Part shown: positions 42,057-56,050 of the stretch, in pieces
Layout: every line of letters starts with the position of its first letter
How positions within the stretch are numbered: the stretch's first letter is position 1
From: Candidatus Hydrothermarchaeum profundi
GTDB lineage: Archaea > Hydrothermarchaeota > Hydrothermarchaeia > Hydrothermarchaeales > Hydrothermarchaeaceae
Reading direction: 5' to 3'
Assembly (NCBI GenBank): GCA_002011125.2
Contig: MTMF02000009.1
Coordinates: forward strand, 428,006 to 492,005
Length of the DNA stretch: 64,000 bases
Made by a program: the position numbers and the translations under genes
Notes under the pieces: generated by a model
What the model saw: the letters and a program-made list of their open reading frames with translations, nothing else
The model's database searches: none
Told to the model about the DNA's origin: nothing

Positions 42057-44485
42057 TCTTTAACTGTAACTTTAGTAAATGCCGCTACTTTATCTCCTTT
42101 ATCTAATTTCATAAGCTTTACGCCTTGAGTATTTCTCCCTATGACCGATATCCCTCTTACAGGAAGCCTAATTATAACCCCTTCCCTACTGCTTATCATA
42201 ATCTCATCATCATCGGCCACATCTTCAATACCTACAACTAGACCATTTCTTTTGCTCGGAATTATATTAATTACTCCTTTACCGCCTCTACGATGAAGAG
42301 GATAATCTTCTAAAGCCGTTCTCTTACCATATCCATTCTCAGTAACGGTTAAAATAGTGTCACCTTTAGAAACAATCTTCATACCAACTATTTCATCCTT
42401 TTCTCTCAATCTCATTCCAATGACTCCCTTAGCCGTTCTTCCCATAGGTCTAACGTCATCTTCTGAAAACCTTATTGCTTTTCCATATTTCGCTGCTAGG
42501 ATAATTTCCCTAGAACCGTCTGTTAATCCGACTTTCACAAGGTCATCTCCATCTTCCAAGGTTATAGCTCTAATACCCCCTCTCCGAGGATTGCTAAAAT
42601 CTGATAAAGGAGTCTTTTTAACCATTCCTTTTTTAGTCGCAAAAAATAAGTAGTGCTTTTCATCAAACTCCTTTACCGCTATATTAGCAGTTACTTTTTC
42701 TCCCTCGTCTAACTCAATTAGATTTACTATTGCTTTACCTTTTGAATATCTCCCCCCAGTTGGGATATTATATACTTTTTTCCAATGGACTTTTCCTTTA
42801 TTTGTAAAAAATAATATGTAATCATGAGTAGATGCAACAAATATATCCGAGATCATATCTTCTTCTTTTGTCTCCATGCCTATGATCCCTTTTCCGCCTC
42901 TTCGCTGAGCCCTATATGTAGTAAGAGGCAGCTTTTTAATATATCCACTACTCGTAACAGTTACAACAACTTCTTCTTCCTTTATAAGATCCTCAATATC
43001 TATCTCTCCCGGGTCCTCAATTATTTCAGTTCTCCTAGAATCACCGTATTTATTTTTAAGTTCAAACAACTCCTCTTTAATAATCTTGAGAATCTCAGAT
43101 TCACTCGCCAGCACTTCTTTAAGACGTGAAATAAGCTTAAGTAGACCCTTATATTCATCATCAATCTTCTCCCTCTCTAATGTAGTAAGCTTCTGTAGCT
43201 TCATATCTAATATCGCATTTGCTTGCTCTACACTAAGTTTAAAATTCAAAATAAGTCCTTCTCTAGCTTCGTCCGTTGTCTTAGAAGCTCTAACGAGTTT
43301 AATAACCTTATCTATGTTGTTAAGAGCTATACGGAGTCCTTCTAATATATGCGCTCTCCTCTCAGCTTTTTCTAACTCAAACTTTGTTCTCCTTGTGACT
43401 ACATTTTTTCTATGTTTTATGAACTCCCAAATCGTATCCTGGAGAGTTAAAACCTTTGGCTCCCCATCCACCAAAGCTAGATTAATTATCCCAAAAGTGC
43501 TTTCAAGCTGAGTATGCTTATATAGCTGGTTCAAGACTATTTCCGGTACTGCGCCACTCTTAAGAACAAAAACAATCCTCATACCCTCCCTGTCTGACTC
43601 ATCCCTAATATCAGAAATACCGTCTATTACTTTATTCCTAACTAACTCCGCAGCATTTTCAATTAACTTTGCCTTATTAACCTGATAAGGAATCTCGGTT
43701 ACAACGATGCAATCTCTATTTTTTATTTTTTCGAAAACTGCTCTACCACGTATTTTTATACTGCCCCTACCACTACTATAAGCTTCTATTATGCCCTTTC
43801 TACCTAAAATCAGGCCCCCTGTCGGAAAATCAGGCCCCTTAATATATCTCATCAAACTTCTTAAGTCGGCATCAGGATTATCAATTTGATAAGTAATAGC
43901 ATCTACCACCTCCGCCAAATTATGAGGCGGAATATTAGTAGCCATTCCAACTGCTATACCTGAGGAACCGTTTATAAGGAGATTCGGGACTTTCCCAGGA
44001 AGTATTGACGGCTCCTTTAAGGATTCGTCGAAATTAGGAACAAAATCAACCGTATTCTTATCTATATCTTCTATTAATTCCTCAGCTATCTTTTCCAGCC
44101 TTGCCTCAGTATATCGCATCGCCGCAGCGGAATCACCATCGACGCTACCGAAATTGCCTTGACCATCTATTAACGGATATCGTAAAGAGAAGTCTTGAAC
44201 CATTCTTACTAGGGCATCGTATACTGCCATATCACCATGCGGATGATACTTACCTAAAACTTCCCCAACTATCCTAGCACACTTTTTATAGGGTTTGTTA
44301 GATGTCAAGCCCATGTCCCGCATGGCATATAGTATGCGCCGATGTACAGGTTTCAAACCATCTCGGACATCTGGAAGCGCTCTGCCCACTATCACACTCA
44401 TAGCGTAGTCAATATAGCTACGCTTCATTTCTTCTTCAATCTTCACAGGAATTATAATCTCGCCGCTAGGTATTTCTACGCTCAT
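42053..44485 (-). CDS. gyrA: DNA gyrase subunit A
   Basis: [29 protein letters not shown], GyrA-box QRRGGKG, beta-pinwheel repeats. Confidence 0.98.
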   Translation of the reverse strand: MSVEIPSGEIIIPVKIEEEMKRSYIDYAMSVIVGRALPDVRDGLKPVHRRILYAMRDMGLTSNKPYKKCARIVGEVLGKYHPHGDMAVYDALVRMVQDFSLRYPLIDGQGNFGSVDGDSAAAMRYTEARLEKIAEELIEDIDKNTVDFVPNFDESLKEPSILPGKVPNLLINGSSGIAVGMATNIPPHNLAEVVDAITYQIDNPDADLRSLMRYIKGPDFPTGGLILGRKGIIEAYSSGRGSIKIRGRAVFEKIKNRDCIVVTEIPYQVNKAKLIENAAELVRNKVIDGISDIRDESDREGMRIVFVLKSGAVPEIVLNQLYKHTQLESTFGIINLALVDGEPKVLTLQDTIWEFIKHRKNVVTRRTKFELEKAERRAHILEGLRIALNNIDKVIKLVRASKTTDEAREGLILNFKLSVEQANAILDMKLQKLTTLEREKIDDEYKGLLKLISRLKEVLASESEILKIIKEELFELKNKYGDSRRTEIIEDPGEIDIEDLIKEEEVVVTVTSSGYIKKLPLTTYRAQRRGGKGIIGMETKEEDMISDIFVASTHDYILFFTNKGKVHWKKVYNIPTGGRYSKGKAIVNLIELDEGEKVTANIAVKEFDEKHYLFFATKKGMVKKTPLSDFSNPRRGGIRAITLEDGDDLVKVGLTDGSREIILAAKYGKAIRFSEDDVRPMGRTAKGVIGMRLREKDEIVGMKIVSKGDTILTVTENGYGKRTALEDYPLHRRGGKGVINIIPSKRNGLVVGIEDVADDDEIMISSREGVIIRLPVRGISVIGRNTQGVKLMKLDKGDKVAAFTKVTVKD

Positions 44486-44488
44486 AAG

Positions 44489-46477
<1,989 letters not shown>

Positions 46478-46547
46478 CTATTTCCGGCTCTAAAAACCTT
46501 TTTATTTAATATAGATGAATTTACCCTTTGCAAGGCTGTTTGAAAAA

Positions 46548-46823
46548 ATGACTCGGAGAAAAAGAATTATTAATGCTTTAAGATACAATCCTCTAACTAT
46601 TGAGGAGATATCGGAAATCGCTGAAGTAAACGTTAAAACTGTAATAAGCGACTTAAAGCATATAAGGCTCTCGCTTAAAAACCAAAATAAAAGCTTATAC
46701 ATCCAGCCGCCTTATTGCAATTCCTGCGATTCTATTATAAACATTAAAGATATTAAGAATATTAAGAAGTGCCCAAAATGTAAGTCGGAATGGATATCCA
46801 GAGCTAGATTTTTTATAAGGTGA
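46548..46823 (+). CDS. HTH plus Zn-ribbon transcriptional regulator (COG3357-like)
   Basis: TRR..II..L, DLKHI..SL, PPYCNSC, KCPKCKSEWI motifs; start may be 46515 or 46548. Confidence 0.82.
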   Translation: MTRRKRIINALRYNPLTIEEISEIAEVNVKTVISDLKHIRLSLKNQNKSLYIQPPYCNSCDSIINIKDIKNIKKCPKCKSEWISRARFFIR

Positions 46824-46827
46824 TTAG

Positions 46828-48168
46828 ATGCTTACCTGGGTTGAAAAATATAGGCCCCAAAAACTAAGGGACATTGCAGGTAACCCTAGAGCAATAAAAG
46901 ATCTAGTTAAATGGGCTGAAAGCTGGAAAAAAGGTATCCCCACTAAAAAAGCCATATTGCTTCACGGCCCTCCCGGCACCGGCAAAACCACTACAGCATA
47001 TGCTTTAGCGAGGGAACTTGGTTACGATTATATAGAGCTAAACGCTTCTGATAGCCGGACAAAAGATATTGTAGATAGAATCATTGGAAATGCGTCTAAG
47101 CTAGGAACTTTGAATCCTAATTTGGTAAAAAAAGTATTGATAATTGATGAAGTCGACGGAATACATGGCAAGGAAGAATACGGAGGACTCGCAGCTTTAA
47201 AAAAGTGGATTAAAACTTCATTGCAACCAATTATTCTCATTGCGAATGATCCCTGGGCACTGCCCAAAGAATTCAGAAATCTGTGCGAAATGGTTGCCTT
47301 CAAAAGAATTGATCAGAGGACTGTATTGAAAGTGTTGAAGAAAATCTGCTCAAGAGAAGGGATTACCGCAGATGAAAGAGCATTGAAGTTAATAGCTACT
47401 AACTCGAATGGTGATCTACGTTCAGCTATAAATGATCTTCAAAGTCTTTCTGAAGGAAAGAAAAAGATCAGTTTAGATGATACTGATATTCTTACAATCA
47501 GAGACTCTGAGCTACGGATTTTTGAAACTATGGCCCGCATATTTAAAGCAACCTCATGTGATAGAGCTAAGGAAGCTCTCAGAGAATCTGAAGAACAGCC
47601 TGAAACGGTATTAATGTGGGTAGCTGAGAACCTCCCTATCGAATATGAGGATCCAAGTGATTTAGCAAGAGGATACGATAGCATATCCAAGGCTGATATT
47701 TTTCTTGGCCGAATAGAAAGAAGGCAGGATTGGGGACTACTTAAATATGCTGTAGATTACATGTCTGCGGGAGTAGCGATGGCTAAGAAGAGAAGATATC
47801 ATAAATGGTCGCGATATCAGTATCCCAAAATCCTGACTATTTACGCTGAAACTCGCAAAAAAAGAGAAATAATGAACTCGATTGCAGAAAAGCTTCAAGG
47901 GAAGAAAGATACCTATGAAAAATGTCATGGTTCAAAAAAATTAATGAAGTCCTACTTACCCATTATGAGAATAATATTTAATAACAACTATGAGATGGCT
48001 GCTCAGATAGCATCAGAATTTGAGTTAAATCTAGAGGATATCAGTTTTTTTATAGAGGATAATGAGACCGCTGGGAAAATATACTACCGTGCAAAAGAAC
48101 TCACTTCGGAAAGAATCAAATTAAAAACACGAGGAGAAAAGCAAATCTCACTTCTTGAGTTTGGATAA
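46828..48168 (+). CDS. rfcL: Replication factor C large subunit
   Basis: WVEKYRP, GPPGTGKT, ELNASD, IDEVD, GDLRSAINDL motifs; C-terminal PIP box QISLLEF. Confidence 0.95.
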   Translation: MLTWVEKYRPQKLRDIAGNPRAIKDLVKWAESWKKGIPTKKAILLHGPPGTGKTTTAYALARELGYDYIELNASDSRTKDIVDRIIGNASKLGTLNPNLVKKVLIIDEVDGIHGKEEYGGLAALKKWIKTSLQPIILIANDPWALPKEFRNLCEMVAFKRIDQRTVLKVLKKICSREGITADERALKLIATNSNGDLRSAINDLQSLSEGKKKISLDDTDILTIRDSELRIFETMARIFKATSCDRAKEALRESEEQPETVLMWVAENLPIEYEDPSDLARGYDSISKADIFLGRIERRQDWGLLKYAVDYMSAGVAMAKKRRYHKWSRYQYPKILTIYAETRKKREIMNSIAEKLQGKKDTYEKCHGSKKLMKSYLPIMRIIFNNNYEMAAQIASEFELNLEDISFFIEDNETAGKIYYRAKELTSERIKLKTRGEKQISLLEFG

Positions 48169-48942
48169 AGTATCGAGGATATGCTGATCTATTAAAGCCG
48201 TTCTACTTAGACTAATTTTAGATTCAAAAATATTTTGAGTAAGATTATCCAGAGAGTATTTCTCATAATTAAATTCAAAAGGATATCTTATATCCCATAA
48301 GATCAAGCCTTCAGGACCGGAGGGAGGTATTTTTTTATTTATCTCCGGATTGAAGTACATTTTAAGATTTTCTAGAGTTATTTCGCCATTGCCCACTTTT
48401 TTCAATGCAGTCATTATTCTTCTTACCATTTGCCATAAAAAGCTTTTACCCGATAATGTAACAACAAAAAATTCGCCCTCCTTGTTTATATCTGCTTTAT
48501 TAATTCTTCTAATGGGATTCCTCTTATCTGAGACGCAGAAATTATGGAAGCTGTGAATTCCCTCAAAGACTTTTATCCCTTTTTTTAATAATTCAAGATC
48601 ATACCCTTCATCATACAAAAAATATTTATATACTCTTTCCAATGCCTCATTCCGAGGATTAAAATCATCAGAAACTTCTCTAATACCATAAACTCTTATA
48701 TTTCTCGATATTACACTATTCAACATCCTTGGTGATATTTTGATGTTAGTTGTAACTGCGAATACGTTTCCAAGAGCAGAAACACCTTTATCCGTTCTCC
48801 CCGCCCTTTGAAAATTACTTGCCACTATACCAAGCTTTTCAAATCCTTCAATTAGCTCTCCTTCAACAGTTCGAACACCTGGCTGTATTTGAGAGCCGAA
48901 AAAACTTTTGCCATCATAATAAACCTTAAGGGCGTATCTCAT
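48148..48942 (-). CDS. truA: tRNA pseudouridine(38-40) synthase
   Basis: GSQIQP..RTVEG, AGRTDKGVSA, FLWQMVR motifs. Confidence 0.95.
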   Translation of the reverse strand: MRYALKVYYDGKSFFGSQIQPGVRTVEGELIEGFEKLGIVASNFQRAGRTDKGVSALGNVFAVTTNIKISPRMLNSVISRNIRVYGIREVSDDFNPRNEALERVYKYFLYDEGYDLELLKKGIKVFEGIHSFHNFCVSDKRNPIRRINKADINKEGEFFVVTLSGKSFLWQMVRRIMTALKKVGNGEITLENLKMYFNPEINKKIPPSGPEGLILWDIRYPFEFNYEKYSLDNLTQNIFESKISLSRTALIDQHILDTLSKLKK

Positions 48943-49640
48943 TCAACGCTCCTCAAACCACTTCCAACTATCGTGAATTTAGTACTTATAGATTCCGGCA
49001 TAGAGCGATGCCTTCTAAGAATAGCGACTCTAACACCATTTTCTTTTTGAAGTTCTATTATCGTCTTGCTCCAATATTTCAAAATATTTCCGCCTACGGG
49101 TTCCACGCCTCCATTCTCAAAAGAGGAGTAAACTTGATTAGTTATAATCACAGCTAAATTAAACTTCTTAGCTACCTCTCTGAGAAGTTCAAGTTGCTTG
49201 CTGAGCTGGCGACTCATTGACAGTTTATCTTCATCTGCTCCTGTCCTAAATAGCGTTACTGCGCTATCTAAAACAATTAAACCAAAATCTTCGTTAACTA
49301 CCTTACCTAAGTTTTTAATAATTTTATCCTGCTCTTCAAAATTGGTGGGTTCAAAGAATATACAATTCTCCAGTACTCTCTTAAAATCATCCTTTGCTAT
49401 CTGTTTTATCCTCTCGATAGAGTGACCTCCTTCTGTATCAATAAAAATTACTTTCTTCCCGGCTCTTACGCAGTTGATAGCGAGAATAAGGCAAATATTT
49501 GTTTTCCCACTAGCAGGAGGACCATAAATTTGCGTAATAATTTTACTCTCTATTCCTCCCCCAAGTATGTCATCAATGCAACATCCTATCTGCAGTTTTT
49601 TAGTATTGTCAACGGCGCGGAAAGGTTCCAGTTCTTTCAT
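48939..49640 (-). CDS. radB: DNA repair and recombination protein RadB
   Basis: GPPASGKT, FIDTEG, LDS, TNQVY, GG..LKYWSK, basic patch RRHR. Confidence 0.95.
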   Translation of the reverse strand: MKELEPFRAVDNTKKLQIGCCIDDILGGGIESKIITQIYGPPASGKTNICLILAINCVRAGKKVIFIDTEGGHSIERIKQIAKDDFKRVLENCIFFEPTNFEEQDKIIKNLGKVVNEDFGLIVLDSAVTLFRTGADEDKLSMSRQLSKQLELLREVAKKFNLAVIITNQVYSSFENGGVEPVGGNILKYWSKTIIELQKENGVRVAILRRHRSMPESISTKFTIVGSGLRSVE

Positions 49641-49710
49641 TTTAAAACCATGTTTGAATTACTCCAACATTTTCCTCCCTGAGATATAATTCTTTTCCTT
49701 TCCATATTTA

Positions 49711-52700
49711 TTAATTGATGAAATCAGATAATGAAACCTGCTTCGCTGCATCATTATCGAAGACTGACGAAATACTCATTTCTATGATTTCAATTCTCTG
49801 GCGTAGATAATCTTCTAACCGGTAATCTTCTATTAAGGATTTAGTGACCTCAAGATATTTTTCAACAGAGCCCTTAGAAACCGTCAATACTAGTTTTCCT
49901 CCACCACATTTCCTACACTTCCCATTCAAAGGTACCCTCCGGTATTTTGTGTTGCAATTAACGCATCTAGTGGTTTGCTTTGAAAAAGCCCTTAAATTAC
50001 CCGCCAAATCAGGTAAAAAATGGCTTTCTATTACTCTACGCGCTACGTCTTTTTCATCCACGGCTCTTATTTTCTTGGCTAAATCAAGTTGATGACGCAC
50101 TTTTTCAAACATAGCTCCTAAGGTTTTATAGGAACTCATCACCGGTCCAGAAGAAATTTCACTAGTATCATGCGTAAACTTTAAGCCATAATACTGCTCT
50201 GGCTTTCCGATTCTATTAGATACCGTTTCTATTAAGCTTGCCATCTCCTGAGGACGAGCATATCTAAGACTAGCTTCAAAGAATTCTAAAGGATATTTTT
50301 CCACTATATCTAAATTGTGAGCCTCATCATCAATCTCAGCCGGATCTAGCTTCAATGTTAGAACTAAAGGAGCGTCCATTTTTCCTCCTCTTGTACTAGG
50401 TAGATATTTTTTAGAGAAATTAATCAAAGCATCAAGGAGAAGTATAACAGAATCCTCATCTCCATCACAGTTCCGTCGGCGCGCAGCATGAAAATAAGGA
50501 TGCGCATATCCAACATTAGCCTTACAAAATCCGATTATCCTGCCTAATATTGCCGCAGACGTATGAGGAGCCAAACCAATAACAAGGTGTCCTAAAAGGT
50601 CTTCCTTAGTTTCAGCTCTATAGAAGGGCTCTAGCCCGTATAGCTGAGTTAATAAATCGTCAACAAATTTAGCAACCCTGAGAAGATAATCAGCGCCTGC
50701 CTCAGGAAGTATTATATCCTGACACTTAAGCTCAACAATTTGGTCATCTCTCTCTAATGGCCTGCCTTTGTAGTCCTTTTCATATCCTAGTTCTTTCAGC
50801 TTCTCTACTGAAACATTAATTTCGGAAGGTCTGAAATGCGTTAGAGGAACATCAGTAGAATCAAATCTAATCGTTCCATCTTTAAAAACAAAAACTCTAT
50901 GTCTCGATCTTAAGATACCTTTTTCAAGTGGCTCAGGTATCTTAAATGATGACGTCATCCCTATAACTCCTTTTAAATCATTAAAGGCGTTGCCCACTTT
51001 TTTAACAGCCTCATTTAACTCCTCCCTAACATTTATCTCTCTTTCCTCAAAGCATTTAGTTGGAGCTGCACATGCCGGGTTTTTACAAATCTCAGTGTTA
51101 TTCTCATAAACTCTACCGCATTTAATACAGATTCTTTTTAGCTTAGTGACCTTTCCACACGTAGGGCAAAGGGTTTTAAAGGTGATTTTACCACACACCG
51201 GACAGCTTCTTCTTGCAATCTCTACTCTTATTTTGAAGTTTTGAGCAGCCTTCTTAACATCCCGTGTCCTACCTCCCTCTTGACCTACTGGGAAAAGTAC
51301 GTTAACAGGCGGTTGCATTTTTCTTTCCTTTGCTTTCTCCGGTCTTCCCATTCTAGCTCCAATATACGTAGGTGCCTTAGCCCTAACCTTTATACCAAAG
51401 CTATTAACAATTTCCATTACATCTAACGATTTATCAAAGACCTTATTGAATTGATCCATAGAAAAATCCTGTATTCCTAAAACTCTTAATAGCGCTTTAT
51501 ATTCCTCTATTATTATATTATTGCCTTTAACGCTATGCGGTACTCCAAGTACTTCTAGAACCCTTTTTGCATCAGACTTTTTTAAGACAAGGGCGTCGCT
51601 TTCAATTTGACCTTGGCATAGCCATTCACACAGTTTTTTAAGATCATCTTTTTCTATGTCATGATAAAAGTAAGTATATCTTGGATGAAGAGGTATTGCA
51701 AGTTCTTCTGATATCTTTAAAGCTACTTCTTGGGAAGGTATCCTTTTTCTATCAATATACTCTCTAAATTTCCCACTATCTGCCTCCTCCAACTCTTGAA
51801 TCCACCACTCTTCCACATAGCCGGACGGCATTAGAACATGATTATTTTCCAAAAAATCTCCAAAACTAACTAGGATGTCCCCCAAAAAAAGAATCTCCTT
51901 TATACTATCCTTCACTCTTTCTGCTTCTTCTTCGCTTTCAACTCTAATAACGCTTCCATCTACCAGCTTAACTATAGGTCCTTCAATTTCATCGCATGGT
52001 GTTATTGCTGAACCTTTACCGGGCCTCTCGGTTTTTATTTGAGTTCCAATAGCAATAAACCCGTCTAGCAAAATCATCGTAGCTGGGTGCAACGAGCATG
52101 CTGCCAGACCCGAATTCCTACACCTACCGTATCTTAATCTTAATCCTCCCTTCCTAGAAGGATGAGACAAAACCGGTCTACCAGCTATTAAGTCTTTAAT
52201 ATACTTATAATTAGGGCTTATTTCAATATTACTTTCGACTCTTTCTACTTTTGAGTTATTAATCTCTCTGAGCCATTCCCATCCCTTTAGATCAAGTTTT
52301 TCAACGTATTTCAATATTTTAGGCGCTTTCTGAAGAACTCCTTCTGCTAATGCAAGAATAGCTCCTCCTCTTAGTTGATTTGTTTCAACTCTTGGGAGGT
52401 CTCTATACCCAGAGACCTCTATTTTATCTGTTGACTCGCCAGTAATTTCAATAGGGATATTTCTTACTGCTAACCGCGTTTCCTTTGCACTAGGAAGATA
52501 CTGAAGTCTAGCGGCTTCTTGGTTATATAAATCCACTTCCTCTACGAATCTCTCTATCTCATCGCTAGTAGGTTTATATCTATCTAGACCAACTGCTCTT
52601 CTAATATAATCTCCGGTTAACACAGCAAGAGCTTGAGCAGATCCTCCTGCAGATCTTATAGGCCCCGCAAAATAAATAGCCAAATATTTTGAGCCATCTA

Positions 52701-53073
52701 AATTTTTTTTAACTTTAACTTTAACTATACCTTCTAGCGGAGCGGCTACAATTCCTTCAGTAAGTATCGCTAGGGAAGTTCTTATTGCCTGTTCTGAGGC
52801 TTCTTCTAATGAAGAAAAATTTTGAAATTTACCTTCCACAATTTCTTTAGCAATTTTAAGAGAGGCCTCCTCCTTTGACATGCTAGAAGTCAATTCTCGA
52901 ATTCTATTAGAAATGCCGGGAGGACCAACTAATCCTTCTACCCTCTCCGCTAGATCTTTAGCTAATGGTATCTCTGGGTCTAACTCGGGGTCATAACCTC
53001 GCTTCCTTGCCTTACGAGCTACCTCATATGCTTTTTCAACCTCCTCTTCCAGTTTTTTAAAATATAACATCAT
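49711..53073 (-). CDS. polC: DNA polymerase D large subunit DP2 (no intein)
   Basis: AGPIRSAGG, RMGRPEKAK, DGTIRFD, RRNCDGDED catalytic motif, Zn fingers, PIP box QVSLSDF. Confidence 0.98.
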   Translation of the reverse strand: MMLYFKKLEEEVEKAYEVARKARKRGYDPELDPEIPLAKDLAERVEGLVGPPGISNRIRELTSSMSKEEASLKIAKEIVEGKFQNFSSLEEASEQAIRTSLAILTEGIVAAPLEGIVKVKVKKNLDGSKYLAIYFAGPIRSAGGSAQALAVLTGDYIRRAVGLDRYKPTSDEIERFVEEVDLYNQEAARLQYLPSAKETRLAVRNIPIEITGESTDKIEVSGYRDLPRVETNQLRGGAILALAEGVLQKAPKILKYVEKLDLKGWEWLREINNSKVERVESNIEISPNYKYIKDLIAGRPVLSHPSRKGGLRLRYGRCRNSGLAACSLHPATMILLDGFIAIGTQIKTERPGKGSAITPCDEIEGPIVKLVDGSVIRVESEEEAERVKDSIKEILFLGDILVSFGDFLENNHVLMPSGYVEEWWIQELEEADSGKFREYIDRKRIPSQEVALKISEELAIPLHPRYTYFYHDIEKDDLKKLCEWLCQGQIESDALVLKKSDAKRVLEVLGVPHSVKGNNIIIEEYKALLRVLGIQDFSMDQFNKVFDKSLDVMEIVNSFGIKVRAKAPTYIGARMGRPEKAKERKMQPPVNVLFPVGQEGGRTRDVKKAAQNFKIRVEIARRSCPVCGKITFKTLCPTCGKVTKLKRICIKCGRVYENNTEICKNPACAAPTKCFEEREINVREELNEAVKKVGNAFNDLKGVIGMTSSFKIPEPLEKGILRSRHRVFVFKDGTIRFDSTDVPLTHFRPSEINVSVEKLKELGYEKDYKGRPLERDDQIVELKCQDIILPEAGADYLLRVAKFVDDLLTQLYGLEPFYRAETKEDLLGHLVIGLAPHTSAAILGRIIGFCKANVGYAHPYFHAARRRNCDGDEDSVILLLDALINFSKKYLPSTRGGKMDAPLVLTLKLDPAEIDDEAHNLDIVEKYPLEFFEASLRYARPQEMASLIETVSNRIGKPEQYYGLKFTHDTSEISSGPVMSSYKTLGAMFEKVRHQLDLAKKIRAVDEKDVARRVIESHFLPDLAGNLRAFSKQTTRCVNCNTKYRRVPLNGKCRKCGGGKLVLTVSKGSVEKYLEVTKSLIEDYRLEDYLRQRIEIIEMSISSVFDNDAAKQVSLSDFIN

Positions 53074-54563
53074 AAGAACTCCATTTTAATAGTCTTAAGC
53101 TCAGAAAGGTCAATTATTGGAACTTTTCCTGGAGTTGGGATCATGTTCAGTTTCCTCTGAAATGATGTTTGATCCTGAAAGGTACCAGAATTTATAAGGG
53201 TTACTCCCCTATATTGAGCCCATCCATAGTGGTGTACATGTCCTAAGTGGAGAATATCCGGAAGATCTTCTATAACCATATAGTCCATGCTCTCCGGGGC
53301 TAAGGGAATTTTTCCCCCATAGATGGGAGTTAAATGCCTTTTCCTAAGAAGCTCTAACATTGCTTTTTCTGGCTTAGAATAAGAGTGATCCGGTAATGTT
53401 GAAATTATGTCATCTAGACTTCTCCCATGGTATGAAAGGACTTCAACTCCATGAAATGTAGTTCTACAGGGATTGCCGACCATATGAAATCTAGAGTTTT
53501 CATAGAATCTAGGTGCAAAATCCTGGCTTATAGCAGGCTGAGGTTCTGCTTGTCTAACCGCATCGTGATTTCCAGGAAGAACTATTATCTCGATATAATC
53601 TGGAATCTCCTCTAAAAAATCTGCGACTCTCTTATATTGCTGAGTAATATCTTTTATAACTAATTCCTTTTCTTGGCCTGGATAAACTCCCACTCCATCT
53701 ACAAGGTCTCCACCAATGAGTAGATATTTTATCCTTTCTGCTAGATTCTTGTGTTTTAGACTCCCCATTTCACCTTTTAGCCACTTTATGAACTTAGTGA
53801 AAACTTCCTCTAAAAATTTAGTACTGCCCATATGAATATCTGATATTAAAGCTAAACAGAGGGGAACATCGCTCTTATTGGCTTCTTTATTTATGGGCAG
53901 ATCAGGGAACAAAATCTCTTCGGCAATAACCATGTCATTCCACATTCTTCCTACAACGCCGATTACCTCGTCTTTTACAAGGGAATTAGAAACTTTCAAT
54001 AAGTCTCCATCATTTTTACTGAGTAATACAGTGATAGTGCCCGTAAGATCTTCTAGCTCTAGAAGGAGATGTCCTTTTTTACTCCATCTTATATCTGATA
54101 TCATCCCAATTAATCTAACGTCATCTCGGCTTCTTCTGCGGAGGTCTTCTATATTAGCGGCATCTTTAAGTTGCTCTCTGACCCTAAGTATGTTAGAAAT
54201 TTTTTCAAATCTATCCTGGAAATATTTAACAAATCCTTGGATATCCCCATTAGAAAAGGATCTATTTGTAATATCTAGTTCATTTTTTATTCTAAGTTCG
54301 GCGTCATACTCTTCGGCTAATGCTCTTTTCCTTTTTTTAAAAACAACTACATTATTTTCATTCTTTTCAAGAGAAGAGCCATTATTTTTTTTTAAAATAG
54401 TAATCTGCTCTACTGTTATTACGTTTTTGTTTTCTAGTTTTGTAAGTTTAGAAAGAATCCTCTCTATTTCGGAATCATCCATTTTTTTAAGCTCTTCTAA
54501 TGCAAGAGGATGTAAGTTTAAATTTCCTTCCAAAAATCTGCTAATTATTTCAATATCATCCAT
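53070..54563 (-). CDS. polB: DNA polymerase D small (exonuclease) subunit DP1
   Basis: OB fold, SDIHMGS, GDLVDG, PGNHD, YHGRS, GHVH motifs. Confidence 0.97.
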   Translation of the reverse strand: MDDIEIISRFLEGNLNLHPLALEELKKMDDSEIERILSKLTKLENKNVITVEQITILKKNNGSSLEKNENNVVVFKKRKRALAEEYDAELRIKNELDITNRSFSNGDIQGFVKYFQDRFEKISNILRVREQLKDAANIEDLRRRSRDDVRLIGMISDIRWSKKGHLLLELEDLTGTITVLLSKNDGDLLKVSNSLVKDEVIGVVGRMWNDMVIAEEILFPDLPINKEANKSDVPLCLALISDIHMGSTKFLEEVFTKFIKWLKGEMGSLKHKNLAERIKYLLIGGDLVDGVGVYPGQEKELVIKDITQQYKRVADFLEEIPDYIEIIVLPGNHDAVRQAEPQPAISQDFAPRFYENSRFHMVGNPCRTTFHGVEVLSYHGRSLDDIISTLPDHSYSKPEKAMLELLRKRHLTPIYGGKIPLAPESMDYMVIEDLPDILHLGHVHHYGWAQYRGVTLINSGTFQDQTSFQRKLNMIPTPGKVPIIDLSELKTIKMEFL

Positions 54564-54581
54564 AAAGACGCCTCATTAATC

Positions 54582-55823
54582 CTAGAATAACCTACGCTGA
54601 GGAAACTTGAAGTTACTGAGGTTCCTTAGCCTCGTATCGTCTTCTAATACAAGCTTTATTCCTACAGGAGACACCTCAAGCTTTATCTCTTTAGTACGAC
54701 CGTACCTCCCCTTACTTACCACATGAGAGTTTATGATACCCAATAGGTCAAGTTCAGATATTAAATCTGAAACCCTTCTTTGAGTTAAAATATCAAGGGA
54801 TAAAGATTTACACATACGTTTATAGATATCGTAAACTTCCCCCGTAGTAACCATTTCCGAGCCGCGCTCCTCCAAGAGAATAATTGCATAAAGAAGTACT
54901 TTTGATTGTGTTGGAAGAGTTCTTACAACTTCAACTATATTATCTGACTCGATTTTCTCGTTCGCCCTCCTCACATGTTTTTCTGTGATAATTTCAGCGT
55001 TTTCCCTTTCAGCTACCTCTCCTGCCACTCTAAGAAGGTCTAAAGCCTTTCTCGCATCACCATGCTCACGAGCAGCAAGAGCAGCGCAAAGAGGAATAAC
55101 GAACTCATCCAATACTCCCGGCTTGAAAGCCATTTCCGCTCTCTGTCTAAGTATATCCTCAAGTTGCCTTGCGTTATACGGTGAAAATACTAATTCCTCC
55201 TCGCTTAAAGAACTTTGAACTCTAGGATCTAGGTAATTTGTGAATCTCAGATCGTTAGAAATCCCTACAATACTTACCTTAGCGTTTTTAAGTTCAGAAT
55301 TTATTCTTGTTAGATTATATACTACAGTATCACCACTTTTACTTACTAGCTTATCTATTTCATCTAGAATTATTATTACACATCTATTTTCCTCATCTAT
55401 AGATTTTTTAAAGGCGTTGTAGACTTTATCTGTGGGCCATCCAGTAAACGGTATTTTTTCTCCAAAATGTTTAGCGAGATTTGCCAAAATCCTATACTGC
55501 GTATCAGTTACTTCGCAATTTAGATAGATAGGCGTAACAGGATAGAAGTTAGTATTTTTCTTTAATGTTTCAACTAATAAATCACATACAAATTTTGTTA
55601 CAATAGTTTTTCCTGTACCATTTTTTCCATAAATTAGAATATTGGAGGGAGTTTCTCCTTTTAATGCCGGAGCAAGTATCGTAGCAAGTTGTTTAATCTC
55701 TGATTCTCTATGAGGGAGCTCTGAAGGTGTATAAGAATGCCTGAGTATATCTTTATCTTTAAATAGTGGTTCTTTCGATAGAATAGATTCAAATATGCCA
55801 CTAAACGAACTTTTAAGGTCCAT
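54582..55823 (-). CDS. cdc6: Orc1/Cdc6 replication initiator
   Basis: LPHRE, Walker A GTGKT, LDEID, GDARKALDLLR, winged-helix GRYGRT motifs. Confidence 0.97.
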   Translation of the reverse strand: MDLKSSFSGIFESILSKEPLFKDKDILRHSYTPSELPHRESEIKQLATILAPALKGETPSNILIYGKNGTGKTIVTKFVCDLLVETLKKNTNFYPVTPIYLNCEVTDTQYRILANLAKHFGEKIPFTGWPTDKVYNAFKKSIDEENRCVIIILDEIDKLVSKSGDTVVYNLTRINSELKNAKVSIVGISNDLRFTNYLDPRVQSSLSEEELVFSPYNARQLEDILRQRAEMAFKPGVLDEFVIPLCAALAAREHGDARKALDLLRVAGEVAERENAEIITEKHVRRANEKIESDNIVEVVRTLPTQSKVLLYAIILLEERGSEMVTTGEVYDIYKRMCKSLSLDILTQRRVSDLISELDLLGIINSHVVSKGRYGRTKEIKLEVSPVGIKLVLEDDTRLRNLSNFKFPQRRLF

Positions 55824-56050
55824 ACGAAACCCCGGCCTTTAATTTCATGTTTTCACCCACAGCTCCATAAGAAATAAAGGTTTTCTGTAAAACTTCGTAG
55901 TAGAGATAGTTTAAATTAATATTTAATGCTTTTGTGTCGACAACTAATACTTCCTATGGAGTTAATTATCTTGAGTAATTTAAAGGGTAAGGTAGCCCCG
56001 AAAGATTGTTTAAAAAATTATTGCAAAAATATTTAATGACAAGAGGGTAT